The position numbers and the translations under genes were made by a program. A DNA stretch of 64,000 bases from Candidatus Micrarchaeota archaeon (GTDB lineage: Archaea; Micrarchaeota; Micrarchaeia; Anstonellales; Anstonellaceae): assembly GCA_964650545.1 (NCBI GenBank), contig CAZYTZ010000001.1:23686-87685 (forward strand), written 5' to 3'. Shown here piece by piece: positions 37,808-46,241 of this stretch; the stretch's first letter is position 1; each line of letters opens with the position of its first letter. The notes beneath the pieces were generated by a model, which did no database searches, was not told the DNA's origin, and worked only from the letters and a program-made list of their open reading frames with translations.

Positions 37808-38644
37808 GTGGGGAACATGATGGTTGTTAAACAAAAGGTTTCCAAGAAAAAAACACCTCCAATATCAGAAGACCGCGTGACAAAGGAAGCATGGCTGCTT
37901 TGCGACATAAATTCCACCGTCAGGTCCAAAAAGTATGCAGCCGACACGGTGAACACAAGGATAGAAAAACGGATAGAGTCTGCAAGCGAAAGAAGCGGCA
38001 AAGAAAAGCAGGAAAATGGCCACGAAACGACAAAGGCAAAAGAACTCCAGGAAAAAGTCGACTTTCTAACAGAGCTTTACGATTTTGTGCAGATGCAGGT
38101 AAATGCCTTTATCAGCATAAACAACTCCTTCAACGACAAGAAAAAGCACCTGCGGACGTCTCTTGAGAACAAGCTCAAGGCTCCACCACTGGTCAAGTTC
38201 ATGGAAAAGGCGTTTCCCTGGCTCTTTGCCGGGGGCGTGGGTGCTGGAATTGGCCTTACCATATGGTCTGTTGTCACTTCATGGCTCGAAAGCAAGTTCC
38301 CGAGCGCATATCCTGGCATTGTCAAGGACATAACAAACTTCGTAGGCCTCATTTTTGTCGGAGTTGCTGGTTACTTGCTTAACAGGATCCCCGCCTGGAA
38401 CCAGTCCAGGCTCGAGAAAAAATACGACCGAAAAATACGCACGATAAACGAGGAGGAAGGAGAAATCAGGACAAGGATAACCGACTTGGTGCAGGTCGAA
38501 TACCAACGGCTTGCCGAAAAGTACGTCTATGATGTTCCTGATAGCAACGAGCAAGACAAGAAAAACGCCATCAAAATAATAGAAGAAGTGAAGAACAATT
38601 ACGGTTTCACCCTCCCATACCCCCCGTTTGATGGTGTAGTGTAG
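37808..38644 (+). CDS. Hypothetical membrane protein (278 aa).
   Basis: It has a charged N-terminal region and two TM helices (FPWLFAGGVGAGIGLTIWSVV, FVGLIFVGVAGYLL). Confidence 0.45.
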   Translation: MGNMMVVKQKVSKKKTPPISEDRVTKEAWLLCDINSTVRSKKYAADTVNTRIEKRIESASERSGKEKQENGHETTKAKELQEKVDFLTELYDFVQMQVNAFISINNSFNDKKKHLRTSLENKLKAPPLVKFMEKAFPWLFAGGVGAGIGLTIWSVVTSWLESKFPSAYPGIVKDITNFVGLIFVGVAGYLLNRIPAWNQSRLEKKYDRKIRTINEEEGEIRTRITDLVQVEYQRLAEKYVYDVPDSNEQDKKNAIKIIEEVKNNYGFTLPYPPFDGVV

Positions 38645-38676
38645 GCTTTTTATCTTCTTTTCCCCTTCTTTCACCC

Positions 38677-39717
38677 ATGAAACTAGGCAAGCAGGACCCG
38701 AAAGTCGGGGAAATACGGCTCACCCCTGAGAACACAGAGGACTTGTGGCACATTGAGCGGCTGCTTGGCGCAGGCGACACGGTGATTGCGCGCACGTGGC
38801 GCCGCTACAAGGCGGTGGAGGGCGATGCCGGCGAGAAAAAGGCAGTCACGATGAGGCTTGCCGTGGAAAAGGTGGAGTTCTCGCCGCATGCGAACCGCTT
38901 GCGCGTGACAGGCAAAATCATAGAGGGCACGCCGGTTGAATTCGTGCAGACAGGCTCATACCACACGATTGACATCGAGGAGCACTTCCCGGTCTCCATC
39001 ATAAAGGAGAAATGGATGGCGCACCACATGACGCGCATAAAGCAGGCGATTGCCGAGACAAAGCGCCCACGGCTTGGCATGCTGGTGCTGGACGAGAGCA
39101 AGGCAATATACGCAACGTTCCGAGGCTCAGGCGTTGCCTACGAGCTTGAGCTGGAAAACAGCGCAAGAAAGCGCGACGACAAGTTCGACGAGAAGACGCA
39201 GTCATTTTTCGGCGAAATCCTCAAGAAGCTGCAATCCTCCCAAGTGGGCAGGATAATAGTCGCAGGGCCAGGGTTTGGCAAGGAAAACCTAATGAAGTTC
39301 ATAAAGCAGAAAGACGGCAAGCTTGCTTCGCGCATTGTGCTTGAGCACTGCTCATACGCCGAGAGGAGCGGCATAAATGAATTGCTCAAGCGCGGCGTGG
39401 TGGGCAAAGTCGCGGCTGAAGAGCGCGCGGAAAACGAGCTTGTGCTCATGGACCGCTTCTCAACAGAGCTGAAGAAAGACAGCGGGCTTGTGGCATATGG
39501 CAAAAAGGAAATGGCAGCGGCAGTCACCGCATCCGCAGTGGAAACCATTCTTGTGCTTGACGAGTTATTGCGCACTGACAAGGAAGTGGAGCGCATCGTG
39601 GAGCAGGGCGAGGAAAGGAAAGTGAGGCTCGTCATCTTCTCGCACGAGTCAGACGGCGGGCGCGAGCTAGACGGATACGGGGGGTTTGCCGCGCTTCTTC
39701 GCTTCAGGATGCGCTAA
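38677..39717 (+). CDS. pelA: Pelota (Dom34) mRNA surveillance protein.
   Basis: It is about 346 aa and has the N-terminal EDLWHIERLLGAGDTV motif, a central domain, and an eRF1-like C-terminal domain. Confidence 0.8.
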   Translation: MKLGKQDPKVGEIRLTPENTEDLWHIERLLGAGDTVIARTWRRYKAVEGDAGEKKAVTMRLAVEKVEFSPHANRLRVTGKIIEGTPVEFVQTGSYHTIDIEEHFPVSIIKEKWMAHHMTRIKQAIAETKRPRLGMLVLDESKAIYATFRGSGVAYELELENSARKRDDKFDEKTQSFFGEILKKLQSSQVGRIIVAGPGFGKENLMKFIKQKDGKLASRIVLEHCSYAERSGINELLKRGVVGKVAAEERAENELVLMDRFSTELKKDSGLVAYGKKEMAAAVTASAVETILVLDELLRTDKEVERIVEQGEERKVRLVIFSHESDGGRELDGYGGFAALLRFRMR

Positions 39718-39778
39718 AACGCTCTAAAAAGTTGTCAGACGTTGACTGTTTGTGCTAGGTAATAGAAATTAAAACCTA

Positions 39779-40408
39779 GTGAAAACAAGGCTTTTTATGC
39801 TTTGCCCCGCCAATAGCTTCATGGAAAGCGTTTTCGAGCGAAAATTCGGGCTGGCAAAGGCGATTCTTTCCGATGTAGCAGATTGCGTAGACTGCCAGTT
39901 GATACTGGTTGGCGGCACCGCCCTCACGCTTTTCTACCTTCAGCACAGGGTGAGTGTGGACCTGGATTTTGTCCCTCTGTCAGGTGACGATGTTTCCGAG
40001 GCAAAACAGGCGCTCAAAGGATGCATGAGCAAAAAAGGCTACACAACGCAGCGCGCAAGGTGGCACAACCAGTTCGTCGTATGGTCAGAAACCACAAGCA
40101 TCAAGGTGGAGGTTTTTACGCCAGATGAAAAAGTTGCAAAAACGGAAAAGCGCGTTTATGGCGGCAAGGAAATGCTCGTGGCATCGCTTGATGATTTGCT
40201 GAAAATGAAAACACTGGCATTTTCACAGCGGGGCAAGGCGCGCGACCTGTTCGACGTGGTGGCAATTCTCATGAAGACGGGCAAAAGCCTCTCTTTTGCA
40301 GAAGAACTGGTGAAAAAGTGCGGCATTCCGCAAGACACGGAAGAACTTGAGCAGATGGCTCCGGACAAGACTGTGCTTGATGCATTCTATAAGGTGATTA
40401 GAAAATGA
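39779..40408 (+). CDS. AbiEii/DUF1814-like nucleotidyltransferase (toxin-like).
   Basis: It has LILVGGTALTLFYLQHRVSVDLDF, which matches the GGTAL...R.S.DLDF nucleotidyltransferase signature. It starts with GTG, with an alternative ATG at 39797. Confidence 0.5.
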   Translation: MKTRLFMLCPANSFMESVFERKFGLAKAILSDVADCVDCQLILVGGTALTLFYLQHRVSVDLDFVPLSGDDVSEAKQALKGCMSKKGYTTQRARWHNQFVVWSETTSIKVEVFTPDEKVAKTEKRVYGGKEMLVASLDDLLKMKTLAFSQRGKARDLFDVVAILMKTGKSLSFAEELVKKCGIPQDTEELEQMAPDKTVLDAFYKVIRK

Positions 40409-41055
40409 AACCTATTACGGGACAGGCAATAAGCTTTGCACAGCTTCGCAAGGAAGGTAACAGCCGCAAGGCAATTCGCGACATGCTGGCAAGGCTGCTG
40501 ATTTTCCCAACCCCTTTCAAGGGCATCTATTACATTCCCACGCAGGACGAGCGCGGCGGTTGGCTTCTCAAAAGGCCAGAGCTTGCCCTCAAGCAGGCAA
40601 TCGCCATCTACCTTGGCACGGACAACTTCTACTATTCCTGCAAAACCGCGGAAGAGCATTTCGGGATAGACTGGCATCGCTATGGGCAGGTGCACGTTGT
40701 GAACCCCGTGCGCTCAGGAAGGATAAACCTGAAAGAGCGAATTGAGCGCAACAGGAAGAAGAAAACATGGAGGGCAAAGCAGGTCGCGCGCATACTGGAG
40801 TTCTACGGCAATGAAATTGTTTTCCACCGCGCGGACGAAGAGAGCATAAAGAAAGCAAAGCTGAAACGCACGCCCTTCGGCGATTACGCGCTTCCCTCGC
40901 AGATAAAAAAGGACAGGAAGCGCTTCAGAGAGAAAACAAACGACGCTTCCAATGGAATAGCCCTCTCCATCGAAAAAGCAGGTAAGGCGCACATCGAAAA
41001 GCACGGCTTCAGGAAGATGTCCCTTCGTGAACTGGACAGGCTTACAAAAAAGTGA
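40405..41055 (+). CDS. AbiEi-like wHTH protein (antitoxin-like) that overlaps the upstream nucleotidyltransferase gene by 4 nt.
   Basis: It has the RLL...KGIYYIP pattern typical of AbiEi N-terminal domains and a basic C-terminal tail. An aaggtga SD lies upstream. Confidence 0.4.
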   Translation: MKPITGQAISFAQLRKEGNSRKAIRDMLARLLIFPTPFKGIYYIPTQDERGGWLLKRPELALKQAIAIYLGTDNFYYSCKTAEEHFGIDWHRYGQVHVVNPVRSGRINLKERIERNRKKKTWRAKQVARILEFYGNEIVFHRADEESIKKAKLKRTPFGDYALPSQIKKDRKRFREKTNDASNGIALSIEKAGKAHIEKHGFRKMSLRELDRLTKK

Positions 41056-41061
41056 TGGGCA

Positions 41062-42630
41062 CTAGCCTTTCCTCGTTTTTGCACACGATAGTGAAAATAT
41101 GCCCCTCTCCAGCCTTCCCTTCTTCTCAAGCTCACCTGCCACGTAATCAAGCAGCATTCTTTTCACGCGCATGTACTCCTCCCTGCTTACCGACTGGTTG
41201 AGGACAGCGTACCTTGCGCCTTTCAGGTTGAAGCACAGTATTCCTTCCTCCACATTCTCGCAGTTGTGGCAGAAGTAGCAGTTGCGGCACTTGAAAGAGC
41301 TGTCAGTCTCAAGGCACTTGTTGCACTGCGTTGGATTGTAGCAGTTTATCAAAAACTCGCAGTTGAGCGTGCGATAGTAGCCCCCGAAAATGTACTTTGA
41401 CTCAGTCACCAGCGTGGAATAGCCGGAAAGCATGGAGTAGAACGAATACCAAAGCCTGTGCACGCTTGTGGAGTCTGCAGCAGCAGGCGTCTCTGAAATC
41501 TCCAGATTCCTCCCATCGCGCTTTTCGCAGGTGAAAACCGCAATCTTGCCCGCGCGCTCAGCAATCTCATCAAGCGAGGGCGTTTCTCCTTCCTTGAGCG
41601 CTATTTTCATCTTTATCGCAGAGGCAAGTGCCTCATCAAAGGAGGCAAGCCTGGCTGCAGGCACCTTGCCAATGGTTGGAAGTTCTGTGCTGTAGGTTGG
41701 CGAGCCGAACATTCCCTTGATTTTCTTTATTTTCATGGTTTTCTCAGTGAGCCAGCCCTCGCATTTCTCAGGAGAGCCAACCTCTTTTCCAATAACCACC
41801 CTACAGCATGAGGCAAATGCTTTTTCCACGCCTTTGGGGGGCTTTGCGATGATCTGCTCCCCGTTTTCCTCCTTGCTTGCGCCAACAAGGTCCACAATGG
41901 AAAACAGCCTCTTGTCTTTCTTCAGCTTTTCAGCCATTTCGGCCACAAGCTTTTCCTTAAGCGCCAAGTATCTCTCCTTTGTGAGCTGCAGGTTGCCAAT
42001 GCAGTGGTTTTTGCCAAGCAGGTTGAAGCTGAACATGATATCATTGGAGCCGCTGCAGTTGTACGCATAGTAAGCGCCGGAAATTCCCGTGCTTGCGTAA
42101 GTCTCAAAGCAGCGCGCAGCGCCATGGTTGTTCGGCCCTGCGCACCAGGCACAGCGAATCGAGTTGTTCACGCCCCTAAAGCCGCTCACTCCGTAAATGC
42201 TTTCCGAGTACCTGCCAATGGAGCAATAAGCCACGTACTTTGAGCTGTAGACATCGTACGAATCATGCACTTCCACGCAGTCTGCTATATTGTCGCCGCT
42301 GCCCAAGCCAATGTTCTTGCCAAAAGTCTTGTTGCCGCAATAAACCGCGCGCTCTGACGCTGCGGAAAAAAGCGAGTCAATGTCCTTTATGTCATTGATG
42401 TTCATTGGCGCGAATTTGACCTCTGCAATCTCCTCCTGCGAGGCATATTTCGCTCCCTTGGGGTAGTATGGGCCTGACAAGCAAACCTGCTTGCCAGACA
42501 CACACGAGCGCTCCACTGAGTAAGGAAAGAGCATTTCGGAAAGATAAGGCGCGAATTCTTTCAGCTCGCCTACCTCAGAGCCGAACAGAAGCCTGCAGGT
42601 CTTCTTGAAATCAGCGTTAATTTTTCCCAT
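41062..42630 (-). CDS. Cys-rich hypothetical protein, paralog 1 (522 aa), internally duplicated.
   Basis: It is a paralog of 44658-46241 and 46242-47813. It has the conserved N-terminus (KKTCRLLFGSEVGEL) and a C-terminal module (CNKCLETDSSFKCRNCYFCHNCENVEEGILCFNLKGARYAV). Confidence 0.7.
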   Translation of the reverse strand: MGKINADFKKTCRLLFGSEVGELKEFAPYLSEMLFPYSVERSCVSGKQVCLSGPYYPKGAKYASQEEIAEVKFAPMNINDIKDIDSLFSAASERAVYCGNKTFGKNIGLGSGDNIADCVEVHDSYDVYSSKYVAYCSIGRYSESIYGVSGFRGVNNSIRCAWCAGPNNHGAARCFETYASTGISGAYYAYNCSGSNDIMFSFNLLGKNHCIGNLQLTKERYLALKEKLVAEMAEKLKKDKRLFSIVDLVGASKEENGEQIIAKPPKGVEKAFASCCRVVIGKEVGSPEKCEGWLTEKTMKIKKIKGMFGSPTYSTELPTIGKVPAARLASFDEALASAIKMKIALKEGETPSLDEIAERAGKIAVFTCEKRDGRNLEISETPAAADSTSVHRLWYSFYSMLSGYSTLVTESKYIFGGYYRTLNCEFLINCYNPTQCNKCLETDSSFKCRNCYFCHNCENVEEGILCFNLKGARYAVLNQSVSREEYMRVKRMLLDYVAGELEKKGRLERGIFSLSCAKTRKG

Positions 42631-42657
42631 AGATAAGCCTCCGTTTTCGCTGATGCG

Positions 42658-43455
42658 CTATCTTCCCCGCGGCAGTGTCCAGAACACCTTGGCATCAAAT
42701 GTTGGCTTTTTGCCGGGCTTCATTCCAAGCCTTACGTCTGGCATGCCCCACTTTTTGGTAGGAAACTGGAAGCCAAGCCTGATATCTGAAATTTTTCCAC
42801 CACTAACACTCGCCCCGATATTGACCCTGGCACCTTTGCCATTCCGAAGCGCGCTGCCAACGCTTCCGCCATATTCAGTGATTTTTCCATCTGAGAGGAC
42901 AGCGTAGCCGCCAATGCCAGCCACCTTGCCTCCAAATGACCTGCGCGCCTCAAATGCTGTCCTGGCAGAAGCCTTGCCAAAAACATTGTCAACCTGCTCT
43001 CCAATGGAAACCAGCATTTTGTCAGTGTGGATTATGTTTGCCTGCGCGGCAAAGCCTGCCTGCCCCAGTGGTCTGTCCGTCGAAAGCGTAGCGCCAACAG
43101 CTGCTTTTCCGCCAAAAATCTTTTTCGAAGCGTACAAAGTTGCGTTTCCTTTGCCATCAAACGGCTGATTGTAAACAAGGTCCACGCAAAAGCCTCCTGG
43201 CAGCTGCTGGTTCACCTGCAGCACTCCTGTGCAAGTTTTGCCCTTCATGGTAAATGCGAGCGCCTGCCAATCGCCTGTGTAAAGGAACCATGTCGGCATG
43301 ACGAAAACTCCCTTGAATGACAAGTTGGGATACATCGCAATCTTTTCTTTCTTGGCGGGCAGCGTGTCCTGCTGCTGTGCGTTTGCCTCCTCAGAAACAA
43401 AGGGCGACGCGATAATTACAAAAGCGCTGATGAAATTTGCAACGTTTCTTACCAT
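42658..43455 (-). CDS. Secreted beta-rich Gly-rich protein (265 aa) with an N-terminal signal peptide.
   Basis: MVRNVANFISAFVIIASPFVSEEANAQQ is followed by alternating-hydrophobic beta-strand-like repeats (GGKVAGIGGYAVLSDGKITEYGGSVGSAL...). Confidence 0.5.
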   Translation of the reverse strand: MVRNVANFISAFVIIASPFVSEEANAQQQDTLPAKKEKIAMYPNLSFKGVFVMPTWFLYTGDWQALAFTMKGKTCTGVLQVNQQLPGGFCVDLVYNQPFDGKGNATLYASKKIFGGKAAVGATLSTDRPLGQAGFAAQANIIHTDKMLVSIGEQVDNVFGKASARTAFEARRSFGGKVAGIGGYAVLSDGKITEYGGSVGSALRNGKGARVNIGASVSGGKISDIRLGFQFPTKKWGMPDVRLGMKPGKKPTFDAKVFWTLPRGR

Positions 43456-43535
43456 ATTTCCACCACTTATAACTTCTTTCTGATGCCCATTGTATATATA
43501 AATTTGTGGTAAGTTAAAACACCACAGATGGGCTT

Positions 43536-44654
43536 ATGGTGGGCGAAACTGAGGCGCTGCAGGGGCTTGGCTTGACGGCAAACGAGGCCAAGCTCTACCT
43601 TCTTCTCCTTAAAGGCGGAAAGGCAAAGGCGACTGACTTGGCGGCCAAAAGCGGCATGCACAGGCGCGTGGTCTACGACACGCTTGCGCAGCTTGAGAAA
43701 AAGGGCATGGTTGGGCAGGCGTCGGTCGGGGGCGTGCTCACTTTCACTCCCTCGCCCCCTTCCTCTCTCCTGTCTTTCCTTGACGAGAAGCGCGACTCAA
43801 TGGAAAAGGTACTGCCTGAGCTTAGCCGCGCCTTTGAGTCGGAAAAATCAGCGTCAGCGTCAGTAATGCACGGCAGGCAAGGCGTGAAGACAATACTTGA
43901 AGACATTTTAGCGCTTCGCGCGAACTACTGCGTCTACTACGGGCAGATGCAGATCTACGACCTGCTCCCCAAGTTCATGCCAATCTTCAATGAAAAGAGA
44001 AAGCGGCTTGGCATCAAGGGAAGACACATATTGCTTGACACGCCGCTGGTGCGCGAGCGGGCGGCAAAAATCCCCTTCACAGAGTCAAAATTCATTGACC
44101 CATCCTCACCATCGCCTGGCGTGTGGTGGACTTATGCTGACAGACTGGTGCTTATTTTATGGCACGACGAGCCCACAGTCATTCTCATAAAAAGCGATCC
44201 GCTTGCCAAGACATTCAGGAGCACCTTTGACGCGGAATTCAGCTCGAAAACCGCGGTCTTCCGAGGCGACGAGGGCATGAAGGCGATTTTTGAGCAGACT
44301 CTTGACTACAAGGAAACGCTTTTCATTGGCGCAGGAGGGCAGGCGTCAGAGCGCTACAATGACTATTACGTGAAAAGCTTCATACCTCGCGCGAAAAAGA
44401 CAGGCCACAAGTGGTATCTGCTTTCGCACCCGCGCATACTTTCCAGGCCTGCCTCAAAGTACCCGATGAGCATAGTCCGTCTGCTCCCGCGCGACTGGGA
44501 GTACTCGCCGAATGTGGTCTGGATTTACGGCAACTTCGTGGCAAACGTGGTGTGGCTTGACGAGCCTGTCGCGTTCGTGGTGGAGGACAAGCACGTGGCT
44601 GACGCCTACCGCGAGTACTTCTGGCTGCTTTGGAAATTGGCAAAGAAAAAATAG
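43536..44654 (+). CDS. TrmB-family transcriptional regulator (372 aa, full-length type with a C-terminal effector domain).
   Basis: It has the N-terminal wHTH (LGLTANEAKLYLLLLKGGKAKATDLAAKSGMHRRVVYDTLAQLEKKGMV). Confidence 0.65.
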   Translation: MVGETEALQGLGLTANEAKLYLLLLKGGKAKATDLAAKSGMHRRVVYDTLAQLEKKGMVGQASVGGVLTFTPSPPSSLLSFLDEKRDSMEKVLPELSRAFESEKSASASVMHGRQGVKTILEDILALRANYCVYYGQMQIYDLLPKFMPIFNEKRKRLGIKGRHILLDTPLVRERAAKIPFTESKFIDPSSPSPGVWWTYADRLVLILWHDEPTVILIKSDPLAKTFRSTFDAEFSSKTAVFRGDEGMKAIFEQTLDYKETLFIGAGGQASERYNDYYVKSFIPRAKKTGHKWYLLSHPRILSRPASKYPMSIVRLLPRDWEYSPNVVWIYGNFVANVVWLDEPVAFVVEDKHVADAYREYFWLLWKLAKKK

Positions 44655-44657
44655 CCA

Positions 44658-46241
44658 TCACGCTTTCTTCGCCCGCGCAATGCCATAAATGCCAATTGGG
44701 CAATCATGCTTCTTCCCAAGCGAGGACAGGATTTCCGAAAGAACGAGCTTTTTCACGCGCGCAAATTCCTCCTTTCCAACTTCTGAGTTGCCAATCGCGT
44801 ACCTCAGGTTCTTCACGTTGAAGCAGAACATGGAATCATGCACGTTCTCGCAGTTGTGGATGAAGTAGCAGCCCGTGCAGTTCTGGGAAGTGTCAGCCTC
44901 GAAGCAGCGCGAAAGCTTGTAGGAGTTGTAGCAGTGGATGCAGAAGCTCGAGTTCCTCGTGGCGTCAATGCCGAACATGTGGTCGCAGTCGCGCGGCCAG
45001 CAGGAATACGCGCAGTCCTTTGCATGGTACGCCCTGCTGCAGCAAAGCACGTTGTTGCCAAAGTGCACGGTGGAGCACTCTGCGGCATTGGTGGTGAGTA
45101 CAAATTCCTCTGTGGAGAAAACGGCAACCGGCGAAATCAGCTCGCCGATGCCTGATAGCGATATTCTACCTGCCGATAGGCTCTCAGGCACTTGCCTGGT
45201 CTGGCAAATCCCATGAAGCTCCCAAAGCTTCACCACCCTGCCCTTTGCCGCCAAATCATGGTCAATCGCATAGCCCCCAAGATAGACTGCCTCGCCGCTT
45301 GCCGCAGACTTCACGCTGCTGATGTTCCGAGTGTACTTCGTGAGATAGCCCTTGAAATCCCTCACGCTGCCAAGCTTCCTGCCAAGCACCACATTGCACG
45401 CCTCGTCAAACGCCGTTTGCACCTTGCTTTCGTCAAACGCTGGCGCAGGGCTTTTCCTGGCAAGCTTCGGAAGGCGCGGGGCCTGCTTTGGCAGCAGCTC
45501 AAGGATTGATGGCGCGCGCCCCTTTGCCTCAAGCTCATCCGCAATGTCTGAGAGCAGCTTCTTCTTCACGCGCGCGTACTCGCTTTCGCTTAGCTGTGCG
45601 TTTCCCACCATGCGCCTCTTTCCCATCAGGCCAAAACAGAACATGCACTCAGTGCAGCCGTCAAGGTAGTAGGAATAGGCAATGTCGCTTGACTCATAGA
45701 CTCTTTGGCAGCACAGGCACCTGGCAGTCCTCCACGTGTTGTGTCCCCTGATGTTGTGTATTGACTCGCCAATCACCGAGCTTCCGAACGAGGACTTGAC
45801 CTCCCTGCCGATGGTGCAGTAAGCCAAATCCTGTGAAGTGTGGAAGGTATGGCAGCCAAGCACATAGTGGCAGTCCTCCATGCCCGTGCTCTCCTCCGCG
45901 TGCGAGGAATTGCCAAGTATCGCATTGCCGCAGAAAACCGCGCGCTCGCCAAGCGCAGACTGGATGGAGTCAATATCCTTCATTTCATTGAGGGAGAGCG
46001 GCTCAAATTTGCGCGAGTAGTCCACCTCGTCAAAGCTGATGAACGGCGCGCCTTGCGGGTAGGGGCCCACTGCCACCACCTCCTTGCCCGAGCGCGCTGA
46101 CTTCCTTTTCTCAAACGGCTCCAGCGATTCGCAGAGCCATCCCTTGTAGCGCGCAAGCTCGCCGATTTCGCGCCCGAAAAAGAGCCTGCATGTGGACTGC
46201 CACTTGCCGTTCAGCCTGCTGTAAAGTTCAGTGTCACCCAT
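44658..46241 (-). CDS. Cys-rich hypothetical protein, paralog 2 (527 aa).
   Basis: It has the paralogous N-terminus (WQSTCRLFFGREIGEL) and C-terminal module (CIHCYNSYKLSRCFEADTSQNCTGCYFIHNCENVHDSMFCFNVKNLRYAIGN). Confidence 0.7.
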   Translation of the reverse strand: MGDTELYSRLNGKWQSTCRLFFGREIGELARYKGWLCESLEPFEKRKSARSGKEVVAVGPYPQGAPFISFDEVDYSRKFEPLSLNEMKDIDSIQSALGERAVFCGNAILGNSSHAEESTGMEDCHYVLGCHTFHTSQDLAYCTIGREVKSSFGSSVIGESIHNIRGHNTWRTARCLCCQRVYESSDIAYSYYLDGCTECMFCFGLMGKRRMVGNAQLSESEYARVKKKLLSDIADELEAKGRAPSILELLPKQAPRLPKLARKSPAPAFDESKVQTAFDEACNVVLGRKLGSVRDFKGYLTKYTRNISSVKSAASGEAVYLGGYAIDHDLAAKGRVVKLWELHGICQTRQVPESLSAGRISLSGIGELISPVAVFSTEEFVLTTNAAECSTVHFGNNVLCCSRAYHAKDCAYSCWPRDCDHMFGIDATRNSSFCIHCYNSYKLSRCFEADTSQNCTGCYFIHNCENVHDSMFCFNVKNLRYAIGNSEVGKEEFARVKKLVLSEILSSLGKKHDCPIGIYGIARAKKA

